A stretch of DNA of 64,000 bases from the human T2T-CHM13v2.0 reference genome, Homo sapiens, in the NCBI RefSeq assembly GCF_009914755.1, contig NC_060929.1. One strand, written 5' to 3'. A program made the position numbers and the translations under genes. Within the stretch, counting starts at the first letter, position 1, and the number at the start of each line of letters is the position of its first letter. Below are positions 63,262-64,000 of this stretch, in pieces. The notes under the pieces were generated by a model. That model saw only the letters and a list, made by a program, of their open reading frames with translations, was not told the DNA's origin and did no database searches.

Positions 63262-63715
63262 CATATATATATATATCTTTGGAATGCCCTTGGGAATTGT
63301 CCTAAGGGCATGTAACAAATGAAGGAACACTTATTCAAGAAAATCTATTAATTCTCACCAAGGACAGTGAGATTCTACGGCATTTGAGCTTCAGACTGAA
63401 AGTAAGTAACCTTAGCAATTCAAATCCCTCCCCTCAACATAAAAACACAGATCATCAGCAAAGGCCATCATGTACTTATAAAAGGTGGCATGATTGCATA
63501 TTTTTTCTCCTTTCTTCTCTTAACTAACATAAAAAAGCAATACTATAAACTAACATTTATGTAATTGTATTAGTGGGCTTATAACCTATAGAAATATATT
63601 TGATCAAGGATGTGTTTGGGACCAAAGCTATATTGGGGTGAAGAAATGATACCAAATGGTAACTTGAAATCGAAAGAAAACAATGGAGAAAGCCACAAGG
63701 GTAAATACGAAGTCT
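62180..63715 (+). mobile_element. Ancient L1M 5'/ORF1 fragments
   Basis: GAGAGAATTAGTGAACTTGAAGACA ORF1-like motif; TGACTTCTGGAATGGCAG 5'-end-like motif. Confidence 0.6.
63162..63277. repeat. Compound (TG)n(TA)n microsatellite
   Basis: Direct reading. Confidence 0.95.
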
Positions 63716-63729
63716 AACACGAAAACTCT

Positions 63730-64000
63730 TGCAGAGAGTTTGAGGGATTTGGGGCCTAGCAAGGAAAAATATATGAACACGAGGTGGCAGTAAAGCACAA
63801 CAAGCTTTATTTCAGTGCTGCTTTGAGAGGATTGCCTGGGAGAGGAAAATTCCTCAGAGCCTGAGACCTTCTAAAGACAATGCCAGGGAGCCACAGCCCA
63901 GGAGGGGAGGGGTACACAGGGATTCCTGCAGGAGTGGGGGAACCGGGGAGAGTGCTCACTTATCTAGAGGCTATTGCTCAGCAGGATGATGAGAGGGAGG
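63730..64000 (-). mobile_element. Probable ERVL-type LTR (LTR53/MER74-like) running off the window
   Basis: TG start; antisense AATAAA (GCTTTATT) about 80 bp in; purine-rich body. Family uncertain. Confidence 0.45.

Overview
Human genomic DNA (species indicated by a human-specific AluYb8), intergenic or deep-intronic and dominated by repeats. I see no host protein-coding exon, RNA gene, CRISPR array or prokaryotic system. The only recognisable protein-coding sequence is LINE-1: the 3' part of an L1PA2-type element at 1-2497 and a full-length but inactivated L1PA4-type element at 33262-39465. The rest is Alus, old L1M/L2/MIR fragments, ERVL/MaLR solo LTRs, hAT/Tigger MITEs, four minisatellites and several microsatellites. 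Best second-look items: (1) a 64-bp insert in an old L1MA that reads as a non-human-like mitochondrial ATP8 fragment (ancient micro-NUMT); (2) a ~275-bp local duplication preserving filled and empty versions of an MLT2A insertion site; (3) a 25-bp VNTR built from immunoglobulin switch-type GGGGT/GAGCT pentamers; (4) several tiny TSD-flanked L1-mediated transductions; (5) a three-armed Alu; (6) a stop-free 21-bp Met/His-rich repeat. I found no convincing novel biological system. Subfamily calls are by eye against remembered consensus sequences, and the boundaries of old repeats are approximate.
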